Shown in pieces: positions 11,136 through 24,040 of a DNA stretch of 64,000 nucleotides (position 1 is the stretch's first letter; the number at the start of each line of letters is the position of its first letter). This DNA comes from Octopus bimaculoides (Eukaryota), in contig NC_068983.1 in NCBI RefSeq assembly GCF_001194135.2, forward strand, positions 20,734,999 to 20,798,998, written 5' to 3'. The translations under genes were made by a program, and so were the position numbers. The notes below the pieces were generated by a model that saw only the letters and a list, made by a program, of their open reading frames with translations, had not been told where the DNA came from and ran no database searches.

Positions 11136-13510
11136 ATCGATATATATATATATACATACATGTACAAATATACATGCACACGGAAATTCAGACAGATACA
11201 TACATACCTTCAGTTCAGTAACGTTACATAAGTACGACGTCTTCCGCATTTCGCGACCAGTTGGCGACAATTATACCACCAACTGTTCCCGGTAGTTTTA
11301 TGATTTAGGGCAGTCATGAGCAAACTGCAGCCGATTTACTTTCTGAATGGCACGCATACTTCCATGAGCAAATCAACGTTTATCAAAACTTTGTTTCGTT
11401 TCATTCTCGTTTATTCAACCAGTCACACACATAACATACTTTCTCTTTCACTCTCTCTCACTTTCACTCTCTCTCTTTTCCTCTCACCCACACGCAATAA
11501 CTATCAAATGTCATACTAACCTCCTTTACCCTATTAATATGTGTTGTGTTGAGGTACACCAATCAGAAAAATAAAATTATTCACTCTCATCAGCCATCCG
11601 TGTAATTTTCAAACGTGCCTCAGAGTAAATTTGCCCCCTTTCAAACATTCAAGAGCCTTAAATTGGCATCTCTACTCAGAGCATCTCATCAGTGAATGAA
11701 AATTATTGATTTAATGTTCCCTTTTCAGATTCTAACACCGATAACAACTTGTTGCAATAATTCAGCTAGTGTAACTACACGTCCCTATCGCCTGGCCTTG
11801 CCAGGCAAGATTGATATAGCCTTGAAAGTGTAAGCATGCGAAGCTACGAGACGCAGTTGTGATTACACTCTCTAAATGATCGTAACAAGTTGTTAGAAGT
11901 GGTGAAAACAGAAATTGAACATTAAATCAATAATAATTATTTTTGCATGTTTTAATTTTTGGCTACACTAAATTATGCTTCCTTACAAATGCAGGCAGAT
12001 TTCTGAAGAAATGCAAACATTCTAAGAACAGTTCACAAGTGATTACTCCTTTGCTGAACTGATCATTGTTTAAGATGTTTTGAATTCATCTTCTCTTTTA
12101 AACGAAATGTATGCTGAGCGACAATACGCTTCAACATTGGCGGTATAATAAATTTCAGGGAAGAATTAGAAAGGAAAATAATTAACCTATCAAGAATGAG
12201 AGCAGCAATATAAATATCCTCGTTTTTAAAAAGCAAACAGAACTCGAGAAAGTGTACATGAAAGCTACGTTGTCAGTGAAAAAAGGTAACCAGCAAACTG
12301 TACATCATCCTGTAATCGAATGTCTTGTAAGAATTCTTTAAAACAGTAATGGTTACGTATTCCAGTAAGACAGGTTCTTGGCGGAAGTACGTTCAACGAA
12401 AAATTTCCTCGAATTCTTGTTAAAAATGTGGCTCTTTTTATGGTGAGCCATTCTTACGCGGCCAACTTGTTCCGAGAAAAAAATTTGCTCTAAACATCTT
12501 TAAAGTGTTGAATACTTCTGTCTGGAACAAATTTCTTCTCTTTCAACACTTCATTTACCTTTCTGTCATTCTTGTCTCTCGTTCTCTTGTTTTCATTATT
12601 TATTATTTCCTCACTATTTGTCTCACTAATGGTGATACTAAAAAAGGCGCGCGCACGCACACGCACACAAGTATACACCTGCACACATACAAACACATTC
12701 ATATATATATATATATATATATGTATGTATAAATGTGTGTGTGTCTGTATGTGTGTATATGTGGGTGTGTTCGTGTGTATTTTAACAATCAGAAGCAACA
12801 GCCGAAACCCAACACACACATATGTCAAAAGATACGCAGCGCGAAGACTGGGAACTGTGCGTGGCAATTATTTAGTCCCTGGCAGTTCGGTTTACCATTA
12901 ACCATGTGCCGTGTTTACGTGAAATACAAAAGAAACACACATCTGGAAAATATTGTCTTCGGATGACTAATTGTTGTATTGCTGTTTCTTTAGCGCTGTT
13001 CTTCATGATTTTGTAACAGAGATCACTCCCATTCCTGTAAATTTCGATTTGTTTCTGTATTTATTTTACAATTCTTAGTTTTTGTCACTGACGTTGTTGG
13101 TTCGGCAGTAATGTGTGTAGGTTTCACTACTCTTCTTGCGTTCTAATTTCTATTTTATTTTATTCTTTAGCTGCATTACAGGCCACAAATGGAATATCTA
13201 AAACATTGATTCAAATGACTGTTATTCTTGGGTTAATTGATTTCTCTTGCAGACAAGCATGCCCTTCCCTGGGTTGCAATAACCCAAAATGTGTTTTCTC
13301 TTATCTCCACCTTTCTCTCTCTGTCACTCTTTCTTTCTCCCTTTCTCGTCTCTGGCCCCCACAAACAAACACACGCACATCCATATGCATTCACTTGTCT
13401 CTTTCTCAGGTTTCTCTTATTTTATGTCATCACGTTGACACAACGTACGCATTGATACGGTGCGCATACATACACACATATACACACCCACACATATTAC
13501 ATACATACAT

Positions 13511-13555
<45 letters not shown>

Positions 13556-13844
13556 TGTGTTTGTATGTGTGTGTGAGTGACTGTGTGTATGTGGCTGGAC
13601 AGATACGTACATATATGTATATTCTTCAACTGCATGCAAATTTTGTGTGTGTGTGTGCGTGTATGTGTGTGTGTCTAGCTGTCTGTTTGTGTGTTTGCGT
13701 TGTATATAGCGTCCATGTGATATGTTCTATTCTGAAATAAGTACGAGGAACCATCTGATCGATTTAAACAGTTGAAAGAGGATCCACAACATATTCAAAG
13801 TCAACCAAGAGGAAAAAAAGCTGAAGAATCAATATAAAAACATA

Positions 13845-14195
13845 CAGTGGGGTTCACTATAGCAGAATAGCAAAGAATTTTGCTCCACAGCACCCCTGTT
13901 CCACGTCAGACCCCACTGCGTCGCATCTTAGGCAAATGTTATTTTACACAATCAGGGTTTGACAATATTTTAAGTGTGTTGTTGAGTAGAAACTAAAACG
14001 AGACCCGACAGATGGATTGTAACTGTATTTGAATAGGTACAGCTTTGACACATTCGTATGTCACGCTGATTCTATGTAAGAATTAACATTAAGGACAGCT
14101 ACACGTGCCTGCAGAATGCCCAGCCACTCACACATGAATCTGGAGATAGTAAATCACTTTGACCGAACAACTGAATCCTTGTGATACGACAGAGA
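13845..14195 (+). mobile_element. Highly diverged family-A-like SINE
   Basis: Scattered matches to family A (TGTCACGCTGATTC, TTAAGGACAGCTACACGTG, CAGCCACTCAC, CCGAACAACTGAATCCTTG). Boundaries are approximate. Confidence 0.5.
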
Positions 14196-14509
14196 ATCAC
14201 TGCATGTGCACACATTAACGCACATACTTATAAACAAACATATACATTCTTTTATTGATCTATTGATCTGAGATTTTGTGCGTACATTCATTTATACTCA
14301 TATCCGTGTGTGTGTGTTTGTGTCTGTCTGTCTGTGTTAGTGTGTACGTGTGTGTGTGGTGGGGGGGGGGAGAGGAAACAGATAGATAAATGAACAGAGA
14401 AAGCGAAAGATAAACGTGCACTCTAACCGACTCAATAACAGCAATTTGTAGTTGTCTGTTGTATCCAAGTCCTAACATATTTTTAATGTTAACCTTAAGG
14501 AAATTATAA

Positions 14510-14820
14510 CGATAAACGTTGTCCTTTCAAAGCCTACCCAGGTTCATGGGCCCGGTTTCCCGGTTTCTATGGCGTATGTGTTCCCCCCAGCTGGACAGGA
14601 CGCCAGTCCATCGCAGCGTTACTCAAGAAACAGGAAAAAAGAGTGAGAGAATGTTGGGGCGAAAGAGTACAACAGGGGTCGCCACCCACCCCTGCCGGAG
14701 CCTCATGGAGCTTAGGTGTTTTCACTCAATAAACACTCACAACGCCCGGTCTGGGAATCGAAACCGCGATCCTCCGACCGTGAGTCCGCTGCCCTAACCA
14801 TTGGGCCTTTGCGCCTCCAC
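14510..14820 (-). mobile_element. Chimeric SINE: family A head/body plus family D tail, 15-bp TSD
   Basis: 14626-14820 matches family A. 14529-14625 matches the tail of 33578-33675. TSD TTAAGGAAATTATAA at 14495-14509 and 14821-14835. Confidence 0.88.
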
Positions 14821-15297
14821 TTAAGGAAATTATAATCATCATCAATTGGGGAACTTAATTATGTTCCGTCCCTAAGTTAAGTCTCTACTTTGTTCAACTG
14901 TATCTATCTGTTTTATCATCAGTGACGATATATGATGTGTGTGAGTGTAACGATATATCACAGTACCAAATGTAACCGTATGACAATAAGCAATGTAACA
15001 AGAGTTGGTTATCTTATTATAACCATTCGCACGGTAACATTACAATACTCCAACACAGAATTAATAACGAGACTAACGCCCTCACATTTCGACATCAACT
15101 GTCCATTGGCTCATCTATTTATAAGACTTGTCCGGTCCACTGACAGTCATGTGCGGTGGTATCAGTTCACTCCACAACACTTTCCTTTTTCTGGTGGTCC
15201 ACAAGGAATTTTCAGTTAATGACTAAGAGTTGTATTGAATTACGTTATTTATTCATCATATGCCTCTACAAAACAACAACATACATCTCGTGAGAAT

Positions 15298-15520
15298 TAA
15301 GGGCGTTGGTCTGGCAGAATCGTTGGGGTATCCTACAAAATGCCGCAATGATTTTACAGGATTTGATTAAGGTATTTTACTTACCGATTTTTCATGCCGA
15401 CAAGTTCAGTTGCGTTTGTCATCCTTCTTGGGTCGATGGAATACGTACTCATTCAGGACCGTGCTAGATGGAATCGGCTAGCCCTATCTCATCAACTTTC
15501 AAGCTTTCTGTCTATTGTAG

Positions 15521-15573
<53 letters not shown>

Positions 15574-16490
15574 GTGGTTGTTATTATTATTAATATTATT
15601 ATTATTGTTGTTGGTGGTGGTGTTGCTGTTATTTTAAAAACAGCGGGCAGTCAGAATCCTTAGCACGTCGGGCAAAATGCTTAGCAGGTTCTGATTTCAT
15701 ATTCATCTGAGGTCGATTCTGCCTTGCCTCCTTTCGAGGTCGATACCAGTGAAACACTGAGGTTGATGTTATCGGCTATTCCCACCGCTATCGCCAAACA
15801 GAAAAAAAGGTTCATGCCTTGTGCCTTTAGTAGAAAGGATTATTATTATTATTATTATTATTGTTGTTGTTATCATCATTATTATTATTAAGCTGGCAGA
15901 ACCGTTAGCACGCCGGGGAAAAAAAGCTTAGCAGCATTTCGTCCGTCTTTACGTTTTGAGTTCAAATTCCGCCAAGGTCGACTTTGTCTTTCATCCATTA
16001 GGGGTCGATGTAATTGACTAGACCCTCCCTCCAAATTTCAGGCCTTGTGCCTTTAGTAGAAAGGATTATTATTATTATTATTTAGAAGGCAGAATCTTTA
16101 GCATGCCGGCAAAATGCTTGGTGACATTTCGTCCGCTAGAATTTTCCTTTTATCCTTTAGGAGGGTGGGGTGGATAAAGTAAGTACCAGTAAAATACTTG
16201 GGTCTTTCCTCTAATATTTCTGGTCCTGTTCATATTGTAGAAAGAATTATAAATACTCTTTTACTCAAAGGCGATTGATTGGCAGATTCATTTGTGCATC
16301 AGACAAGATCATGTTAATTATTGCAATATTTGTTCCGGCCCTTTGCTTTCCGAGTTCAAAACCCGCATTGGTCAGCTTTGACTTTCATCCTTCCAGTGTC
16401 AAGAATATGAAGTATGAATGAAGTACAGGGTTCAATTTAATCGACAACTCGTCAAAAGTTTACTCTTTGTAGTGTCCATGTTAGAAACAT
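15298..16490 (+). mobile_element. Five head-to-tail family B SINEs, several separated by (ATT)n
   Basis: Copies at about 15298-15528, 15640-15840, 15889-16066, 16083-16250 and 16267-16490. Each ends in TAGAAAG(G)ATTA or a variant. (ATT/GTT)n tract at about 15528-15630. Confidence 0.8.
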
Positions 16491-17203
16491 ATATTACCAT
16501 TACCATTGTGTAAGATTTATTTATTTCGTGTCATGTTGCACCATCCCTGATACAACAGTTGCCAAAACTCAATCACTAAGAAATGGCGCATTCTAGAAGA
16601 TTTTCGAATTCTGTAAAATCTTTATATATATCTGACAGCTACTTTTTATTTTCTCATTTAGGAATAGTTCTTTCTGTTTCTTTGCTGTTGTCTTTTTGGT
16701 TTGCTTCCTTTGTTTCTTTCATGTATCCTTTCTTCCTTCCTTACTTTCTTTCTCTCTTTCTTCCATATCTTTTTTGTTTTATTTCGTTCTTGGGAGCGCT
16801 GTATGATATAATGTACGCTTACTTTGAAGAGAAAATAAGAGATTGATGTAGAGGAAAAGCATTGTTCTCAATGCGAAATGTCTGATTTATTCAGCAATAC
16901 AGGATCTTAGTGTGATCACCTGGATGTCCCATAGAGCAGGAAAAGTAATTTTTATCTTTTTTTTTTTTTTTACATGGCTTTGCATGGCTTCATGCTGTCA
17001 TCATTTCACAGACAAAGCAGACAAATGGAAGTTCAGAAAGAAACAGCAAAGCGAGCGAGAAAATGATTGAGTGACAAAAGGAGAAATTATAGGTGGACGG
17101 TAGGGGGTATATTTTAAAAGAATACAGGTTTCACAGAAAGATAGACAAGTGAGAGTATGTATGATAGAAGGAGATAATCAGAAACAAGGAGAGAAAATTG
17201 TCG

Positions 17204-17241
<38 letters not shown>

Positions 17242-17572
17242 GGAGAAATAGTTAAGTGGAGTGGAAGTAAATGTTTCATAGGTAAAATTCTATGAAGAAG
17301 ACACTCCTCTATCTGATTATTGCAAATATTAAGGAAATTACTTTCAGTCAAAATCTTGAGATAGCAGCGCTGTCTTCTCGAACAGGATGGAATTGACACG
17401 TAATGTTAGCTATGGTGCTTACCACTCCTAAACTCGTACACTAAACCACTTATACACTGCTGTATAGACACAACACATACATAAATAAAATATACGCACA
17501 CACAAGTGAATAAAGATATATAAATATATATTCTTTTTTATACACATATACATGCACATATGTATATACGCA

Positions 17573-17616
<44 letters not shown>

Positions 17617-19929
17617 CATATATATATATATATNNNNNNNNNNNNNNNNNNNNNNNNNNNNNNNNNNNNNNNNNNNNNNNNNNNNNNNNNNNNNNNNNNN
17701 NNNNNNNNNNTATATATATGTATACACACGCAAACGCATTCAGACGTACGTATGTCCTGCTGTGGCTTAGAATATTATATGCAACTTCATATGCATTACT
17801 CGTTTTCCAGTTATCAGTTTCTGCATTCGCAATGTCATATCATTGAATTTGGTATTTCAGTATTTCTATAACAGTCTATAATAAGATCTAGAATATGTCT
17901 GATATGCTCTTAACATAGTTGGCGGATTCTTCTGCCATAATGCTCTTTTAGCGAAATGGTTAGTAAATTATGTAACTACATGCTAAAGCGCCATGTAAAA
18001 CAAAAAAAGTAATTTAGCAGAGAGTGATTAAGTTGCATAGGCATATGATATCGCCTAATGCAATGGACAGTTACTTTTGAAACAACTAATCCGTTTTCTT
18101 TTTGCTTTTTTTTTTTTTTTTCTCTGTGCTATGAAAGAAATATGTGAGGACTAAATTTAATAAGTTCTGGTTGTTGGAGCGAACTAATTATGGTCAGCAT
18201 CGAAGAAGAAATGTAATACGTAAAAACTTAATGCGAGGATAATTCGTGTTCGTAACACACACATTATTCTAACTCGTTATACTATCCCCTACAGCCTCAG
18301 TTTTTTTTTTATGGAAGCTGCTTTTTTTTTCTTTCACCATCCCCGAAATCTGATACTTATGTCTAACATAATACTTGGTCATAGCATCTGGAGCCAGTCT
18401 TTTCCGCCTCTTCACTTCTAATTGCGACATTGTTCTAAATTTTTTCTAATGAAAAATTAGACTACTATTTAACATGGTTTTTAACAAGGATTCTCGATCT
18501 GCAAGAAGTTGTAGCTAAATCTCCCTCGTGTCACAGGAGAGCATCTTGATAATAGAAAGCCTAGTATACTTGCGTTCCAAGATACAGTTAAAAAATGTTG
18601 GGATGGTCGAAGCTGGAATGCTTTTGATATTAGATATGCTTAACTATTGCAAAATTGGGGCTTAAAACACTCCTTGATACATTGTACTGAATCTTAACTA
18701 TTTTTCGTGTAAATGTATTTATAAATAAAACTGAAAATGTTTAAGGTGTTAGCTTTATTGTGTCAGGTTGAACATTTATTACTTTTTGTCTCACTCTCAC
18801 TAACTAGAGCTTAGGGCTAACGAAGAACCTCTACATAGTTGACCTGTTAAAAACAGAAGCTGAACTTACCTCAAATTATATCCCACCGTCTAAAATGTAT
18901 TTTAGGAAATACATACTCGTAAAAAAAAATTGAAATGGAATGTATTTGGTAACAGGCCTGCTCGGTCATGACTCAATTAAAGCCAAACAACATTTTTTAG
19001 AACGCCGTGATCTATGTTGTTTGTTATTACGCTTTGACCAAGGATAGCACAAGGAGTCGGAGGTATAGTACAAAGTGAACTTTTGAATACTTGGCTAGTT
19101 GCCCCATGCTTGTATCCAGTCGTCCGTGCGCGATTTTGAAAAATATACCAAGGCTGTTCCCCTAATAAATCTCTCCACAAACATCACGTTTGTTTCATTG
19201 AAATATTGTTTAACAATGTTTACCTCTCTTCTATACAGGTATAATCATGATTAATTAAAGGCATCACGTCACCTGATAAGGTGTGTAAGTACTAAATTCA
19301 TTACAATCAAGAGTATGATTTCCCGTATTTAAAAATTCCTTCTTCGACTTCCTTCCTGCTACCATCTACAGAATTTCCAATTCACTCAGATTTCACCGGT
19401 ATAGGAAACGCTACAAAGGTTATAGGCACAACCATTCTTCCGCTGTCGTTCTCAAAACATGTATTGTAGACTACCATAATCAATAAAACACAGGACAAAA
19501 TAAATATGAAGGCATTCCTACATCTAGTTTCGTTGTTACTGATTCATCTCAGATCGACCATTATCAATGAGATTGTTTAAAATATATATATAAATTAGCA
19601 ACAGAAGCAGTATTAATACTACTAGTTAATATTTGTCGCCGCTTAAGCATGGATGTTCTGTTAGAACCAACTGTACTGCTGGAGATACTATTTTTGGTAC
19701 CAGAAGCCAATATAAGAGTTTCTGTCGTGGTGTCTAACGCAGTTTAGTTCCTAATTGAAACTAACGTTTAAAAGGGCATTACTATCCAGGAGTGAGTTAT
19801 TCCCATTTAAACATGGATGTTCTGCATCAGTCATTCAGAAAACTAACAGATGCCAACATCTATCATCTTTTCCTTGTTTCAGCCATTAGACTGCAGCCGT
19901 GCTGGGGCACTATCTTTACTCTATTCCTC

Positions 19930-20127
19930 TCTTTTGCTTGTTTCAGTCATTTGACTGCGGCCATGCTGGAGCACCGCCTTTAGTCGAGCAAATTGACTCC
20001 AAGACTTATTCTTTGGAAGCCTAGTACTTATTCTATAGGTCTCTTTTGACGAACTGCTAAGTTACGGGGACATAAACACGCCAGCATCGGTTGTCAAGCG
20101 ATGTTGGTGGGACAAACACACACACAA

Positions 20128-20158
<31 letters not shown>

Positions 20159-20443
20159 CACACACATATATATATATATGTATATATNNNNNNNNNNNNN
20201 NNNNNNNNNNNNNNNNNNNNNNNNNNNNNNNNNNNNNNNNNNNNNNNNNNNNNNNNNNNNNNNNNNNNNNNNNNNNNNNNNNNNNNNNNNNNNNNNNNNN
20301 NNNNNNNNNNNNNNNNNNNNNNNNNNNNNNNNNNNNNNNNNNNNNNNNNNNNNNNNNNNNNNNNNNNNNNNNNNNNNNNNNNNTGAACACGGAACCATGT
20401 GGTTGGTACGCAAGCATATTACCACACAGCCACTCCTACGCCT
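19930..20443 (-). mobile_element. SINE family C, full length, spanning a gap
   Basis: Tail CTTGTTTCAGTCATTTGACTGCGGCCATGCTGGAGCACCGCC; internal (CA)/(TA) tract; head ...TTACCACACAGCCACTCCTACGCCT. Confidence 0.9.
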
Positions 20444-20464
20444 CATTTTTATTTTGTCTAATGA

Positions 20465-20602
20465 GTCGACGCCAGTAGTTTTTTTTAAAGCCTGGTACTT
20501 ATATTATCGTTATCTTTAGTCGAACCTCCGGGTTACAGGGACGTAAACAAACCACCGCTTGTTGCCAAGGGTTGGTGAAGGATAGAAACAAACAGACAGA
20601 CC

Positions 20603-20638
<36 letters not shown>

Positions 20639-20758
20639 TCTTTGGACGGCCTGTGGCTATAGTAAAAGACACTTGCCCAAGGTGCCATGCAGTGGGTCTG
20701 ATCCTGGAACCATGCGGTTTCGAAGTAAACTTCTTACCACACAGCCATGCTTGCGCCT
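20465..20758 (-). mobile_element. SINE family C, partial
   Basis: GCTATAGTAAAAGACACTTGCCCAAGGTGCCATGCAGTGG...CTTACCACACAGCC. Confidence 0.85.
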
Positions 20759-20880
20759 ATATGTCAGTAAAATTTCTTAGCTCATATTTAACGAGAAAAG
20801 AAAGCAGAAATTGCATTCATATAATTCTTCTTTATTCTCCATGCTGGATGAGCTTAAACATTTTAAAACTATTTTAATTA

Positions 20881-21272
20881 TGGCTATGTAGTAAAAAGCT
20901 TGCTTACAACCACATAATTCTGGGTTCAGTCCCACTCAGTGGCACATTGGGTGAATGTCTTCTGCTATAGACTCGGGCCGACCAAAACCTAGTGATTGGA
21001 TTTGGTAGACAGAAACTGCAAGAAGCGCATCATCTATATGTGTGTGTATATCCATTTGTTTTTGTGTGTGTGTCTGTGTTCGTCCCCTCATCATCGGTTG
21101 ACAACTGGTGTTGGCGTGCTTTTCGTCTCCGTAACTTAGCAGTTCGTAAAGAGACCGATAGACTAAGTACTGGGCTTTAAAATAAGTCCTAGGTCGGATT
21201 GTTCGACAAAAATCACTTTAAAGCGATGTTCCAGCATGGTCGCAGTCAAATGACTGAAAAACAATAAAAGAA
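20881..21272 (+). mobile_element. SINE family C
   Basis: TGGCTATGTAGTAAAAAGCTTGC head, GGGTTCAGTCCC box B-like, tail CAGTCAAATGACTGAAAAACAATAAAAG. Confidence 0.88.
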
Positions 21273-22251
21273 TAGCACAATATTAAGTATGGTGATTTTT
21301 GGATTCCCATTTCAATACAAATAATCCCAAACTCCTATCGAAGATGATGCTAGCTTACCACATGAGTGGTCCTGGACGAGCGTTGTTGGGGCGACATTAG
21401 TCTTTCATGGCAGTCTCTATAATTCTTGTATTATATGATGTCTATTGTGGCACTTTTTCTTAAACATCTAGGTTTATTTACGCAAAATTTGGCTTCTATT
21501 TTTAGCAAACCAATCAACCCCGTAGAAGATTATACGTTGACAGTTTAATTTCTTTTACCTTCTATTATTAAATATACACCTACTTCTATACTTTTTTTTT
21601 TGTTGCTTTTCTGCTAAAAATAATATTATAATGAAAATGGTTGTTAAATTTCGGTGTCCACTGTCTATATTCTTGACATATTCTCTCCTAATGCAATATT
21701 GTTTCTGGAACATATAATGGAAAACATTGCCAAACGATTATATTACTAACCAAAACATGTTATACTTTAATGAGTTCTCCTGTTCACGTGATCATGATTT
21801 ATGAATTTTTTTTTTTTTTTTCATTTTAAATATACATATTTATGTCTGAAACAGCTACGATAATTTGTTTTTTCCCGTTTGTTCAGCGAACTATTAAACT
21901 TTGCATTTGAATGAGCATAGTAACATGGGTAAACACGTATTTCTGTTTGTGTTTCGTAGTCTCTTTCTTTACAGTGAGCCATGATAATGTTCTTTCATAT
22001 AGAATTCCCATATTGACTAAATACAGTGCGATTAGTTTACAAAAATGGATAGTAAAACAACAAACGGAAAACAATTTTCGGCTCGTTAGTTCCAGGAAAG
22101 GTTTATCGGTGAATTAGTTACAATTCTCACTTTATACACTTTAAATCATATTATTGATATTTGTAGACAAACTAAAACATTCTAAAAAAGATGGTTTACA
22201 TTTCCTTATCAATAGCTCGTAAAATACGATTCAAGAAATAGCATTAAAATA

Positions 22252-22525
22252 ATATTGTTATATTTTGGGATGGTCATTTGTTCCTTGCCAAAGAAACACA
22301 CGCATTATATATTCGTTCTTCATTTGTTTATTATTGTTCTTATTTTATCTCATGTCCATTGTCTTGAAGGCATGTGGATGGGAGAGCTGCTGAAGGGGTC
22401 ATAGATGTGTGATGATCGATTACCAGACAATGGACAAAAAGAATAATGAACGAGTGAAGAACGAATATATAGGGCGCGTGTTTATTTGACAAGAGAAAAA
22501 CGACCTTGCCGAAATATAACAATAT
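22252..22525. mobile_element. Foldback/MITE-like long inverted repeat
   Basis: Arms ATATTGTTATATTT...TGTCCATTGTCT and AGACAATGGACA...AAATATAACAATAT are reverse complements over about 100 bp with mismatches and indels. Confidence 0.75.
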
Positions 22526-23304
22526 CTGTTTTAACACACGATTTCGCATCTGGAATCTTGCAAAACAAATTCACAACCGTATTAAAATATTAATTTCTAT
22601 ATTAGGCAGAATTCCATAAGAGTTACAAACCTGTACAGTCAACTCGATCGATATCATATTTAATTGTATCAATTTTGGATGTATGACATGTAAAATCAAA
22701 TTTAGCAGTATTCTAACCTATGATGTAAATAAGACAAAGCACTTCTTCCTTCAAACTCCAGTCTCGAGGGGGGGGGGTTCTGTACCTACTGTGGAGCAAC
22801 ACCTTTTCCGCCAAATTGCCCTGTAATCATCCGGAGTCATTAATCGTTCCATTCTCTTATTGTTTACACTTGACCACATGTCCTTCGCCATGTAATCCTG
22901 CCATCAATGCATCACAAATGGTTTAAGACGCACACCAATATCTTTAGCTATAGTTCAAATACTATAGCGCGCGCATTTGTGTAGATATGTATCATACCAT
23001 ACTTCGTGAAATGTTAGGTATTTGGATTCAAGATATATTCCTCAATTGACAAATAATGCGTTTCCTACCCCAATGGCTTTTCGAGTAATAGCCATGTTGG
23101 AGTCTGAGAAAAGCCTTCTTGTCTTTCAAATGCTTTCCCTTTTTCTCGGTAATGCAGTACGTACTAAGGTGAGGATGGACCTTTTCTAGTAACATAGCTC
23201 TACCAGGTAGACTTAGTTTCCGTTAGATAAAGTTATATCTTCGACCCGTCTGTTGGATATATCTATATGGAAGGGAAGAATACTTGAAACACTTGCTCGG
23301 TTTC

Positions 23305-23415
23305 ATACATTCCAAAGTCAACCACTCGAGAATATTCGAACTCAGAACGTAAAAACCCGGAAGAAATCACCGATGAACATTTTGTCCGATGCCGCTAACG
23401 ATTCCGTCAGAACAC
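23305..23415 (-). mobile_element. SINE family B head fragment
   Basis: GAACTCAGAACGTAAA...CATTTTGTCCGATGCCGCTAACGATTC. Confidence 0.65.
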
Positions 23416-23772
23416 AGTCAACATTTTAATGTGGCACATTATGGCTTTGTTTTATTGACTTAAGCTTGACAGAACTAAATATCCTAGACTGTTATACGAT
23501 ACATCTATTAAAAATAAATACACTGCATATTCCAAAATAAAAATTTGACACTCAAGGATTTTTACATCCACAAGACGAGAGGACGATAAAAAAATATTTG
23601 ACAGTGAGAGAGTAATATGAGGAGATAACTATTGATGTTACCTGCTTTCATTCCAATATTGAAGAAGGCCTACTACAGGTCCTTTAATACCTGTGATCAT
23701 AAAAAGGAAGTAAATCGATCGTGTCCGCAACGATAACATTAAGAAATTGGCTTAATATTCCAACATCTAAAG

Positions 23773-24040
23773 TACTGTTTCCCAACCGCTTTTTCACTAT
23801 GGACCCCTTTGATTTCTGTTTCACTCTCCTGGTCCCTGCTAAAATATTGCCGTCTAAAACGCCATTTTGTATTTTTATATATGACATTTGTAATTAAATA
23901 TTACTAGGATTTGTATAACAAAAAGTTGTTAAAATACTTCATGTATTATAGAAGTATAACTAATTTATTGCAGATAAATTTTAAGCACAAAAATCTTATG
24001 TGGACCCCAAAAGCCATATGGGGTCGGTTGAGAAACACTT
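23773..24040. mobile_element. hAT (Charlie-like) MITE
   Basis: Imperfect TIRs TACTGTTTCCCAACC and GGTTGAGAAACACTT; subterminal GGACCCC motifs at both ends. No clean 8-bp TSD. Confidence 0.6.

Noticed and set aside
15298-16490. Regularly recurring units resembling a repeat-spacer (CRISPR-like) array
   Set aside because: The units are about 200-bp eukaryotic SINEs of unequal length; no constant 25-45-bp repeat and no cas genes.
18490-18995. Fragments resembling an abundant octopus MITE-like repeat (also about 1430-1530, 50170-50230, 56490-56560)
   Set aside because: Too decayed to define termini from the sequence alone.
19006-19068. Other short exon-like segments (also 35104-35286, 37213-37316, 41967-42050, 58540-58655, 62604-62637)
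   Set aside because: One or both splice signals are weak; expected by chance in 64 kb without expression data.
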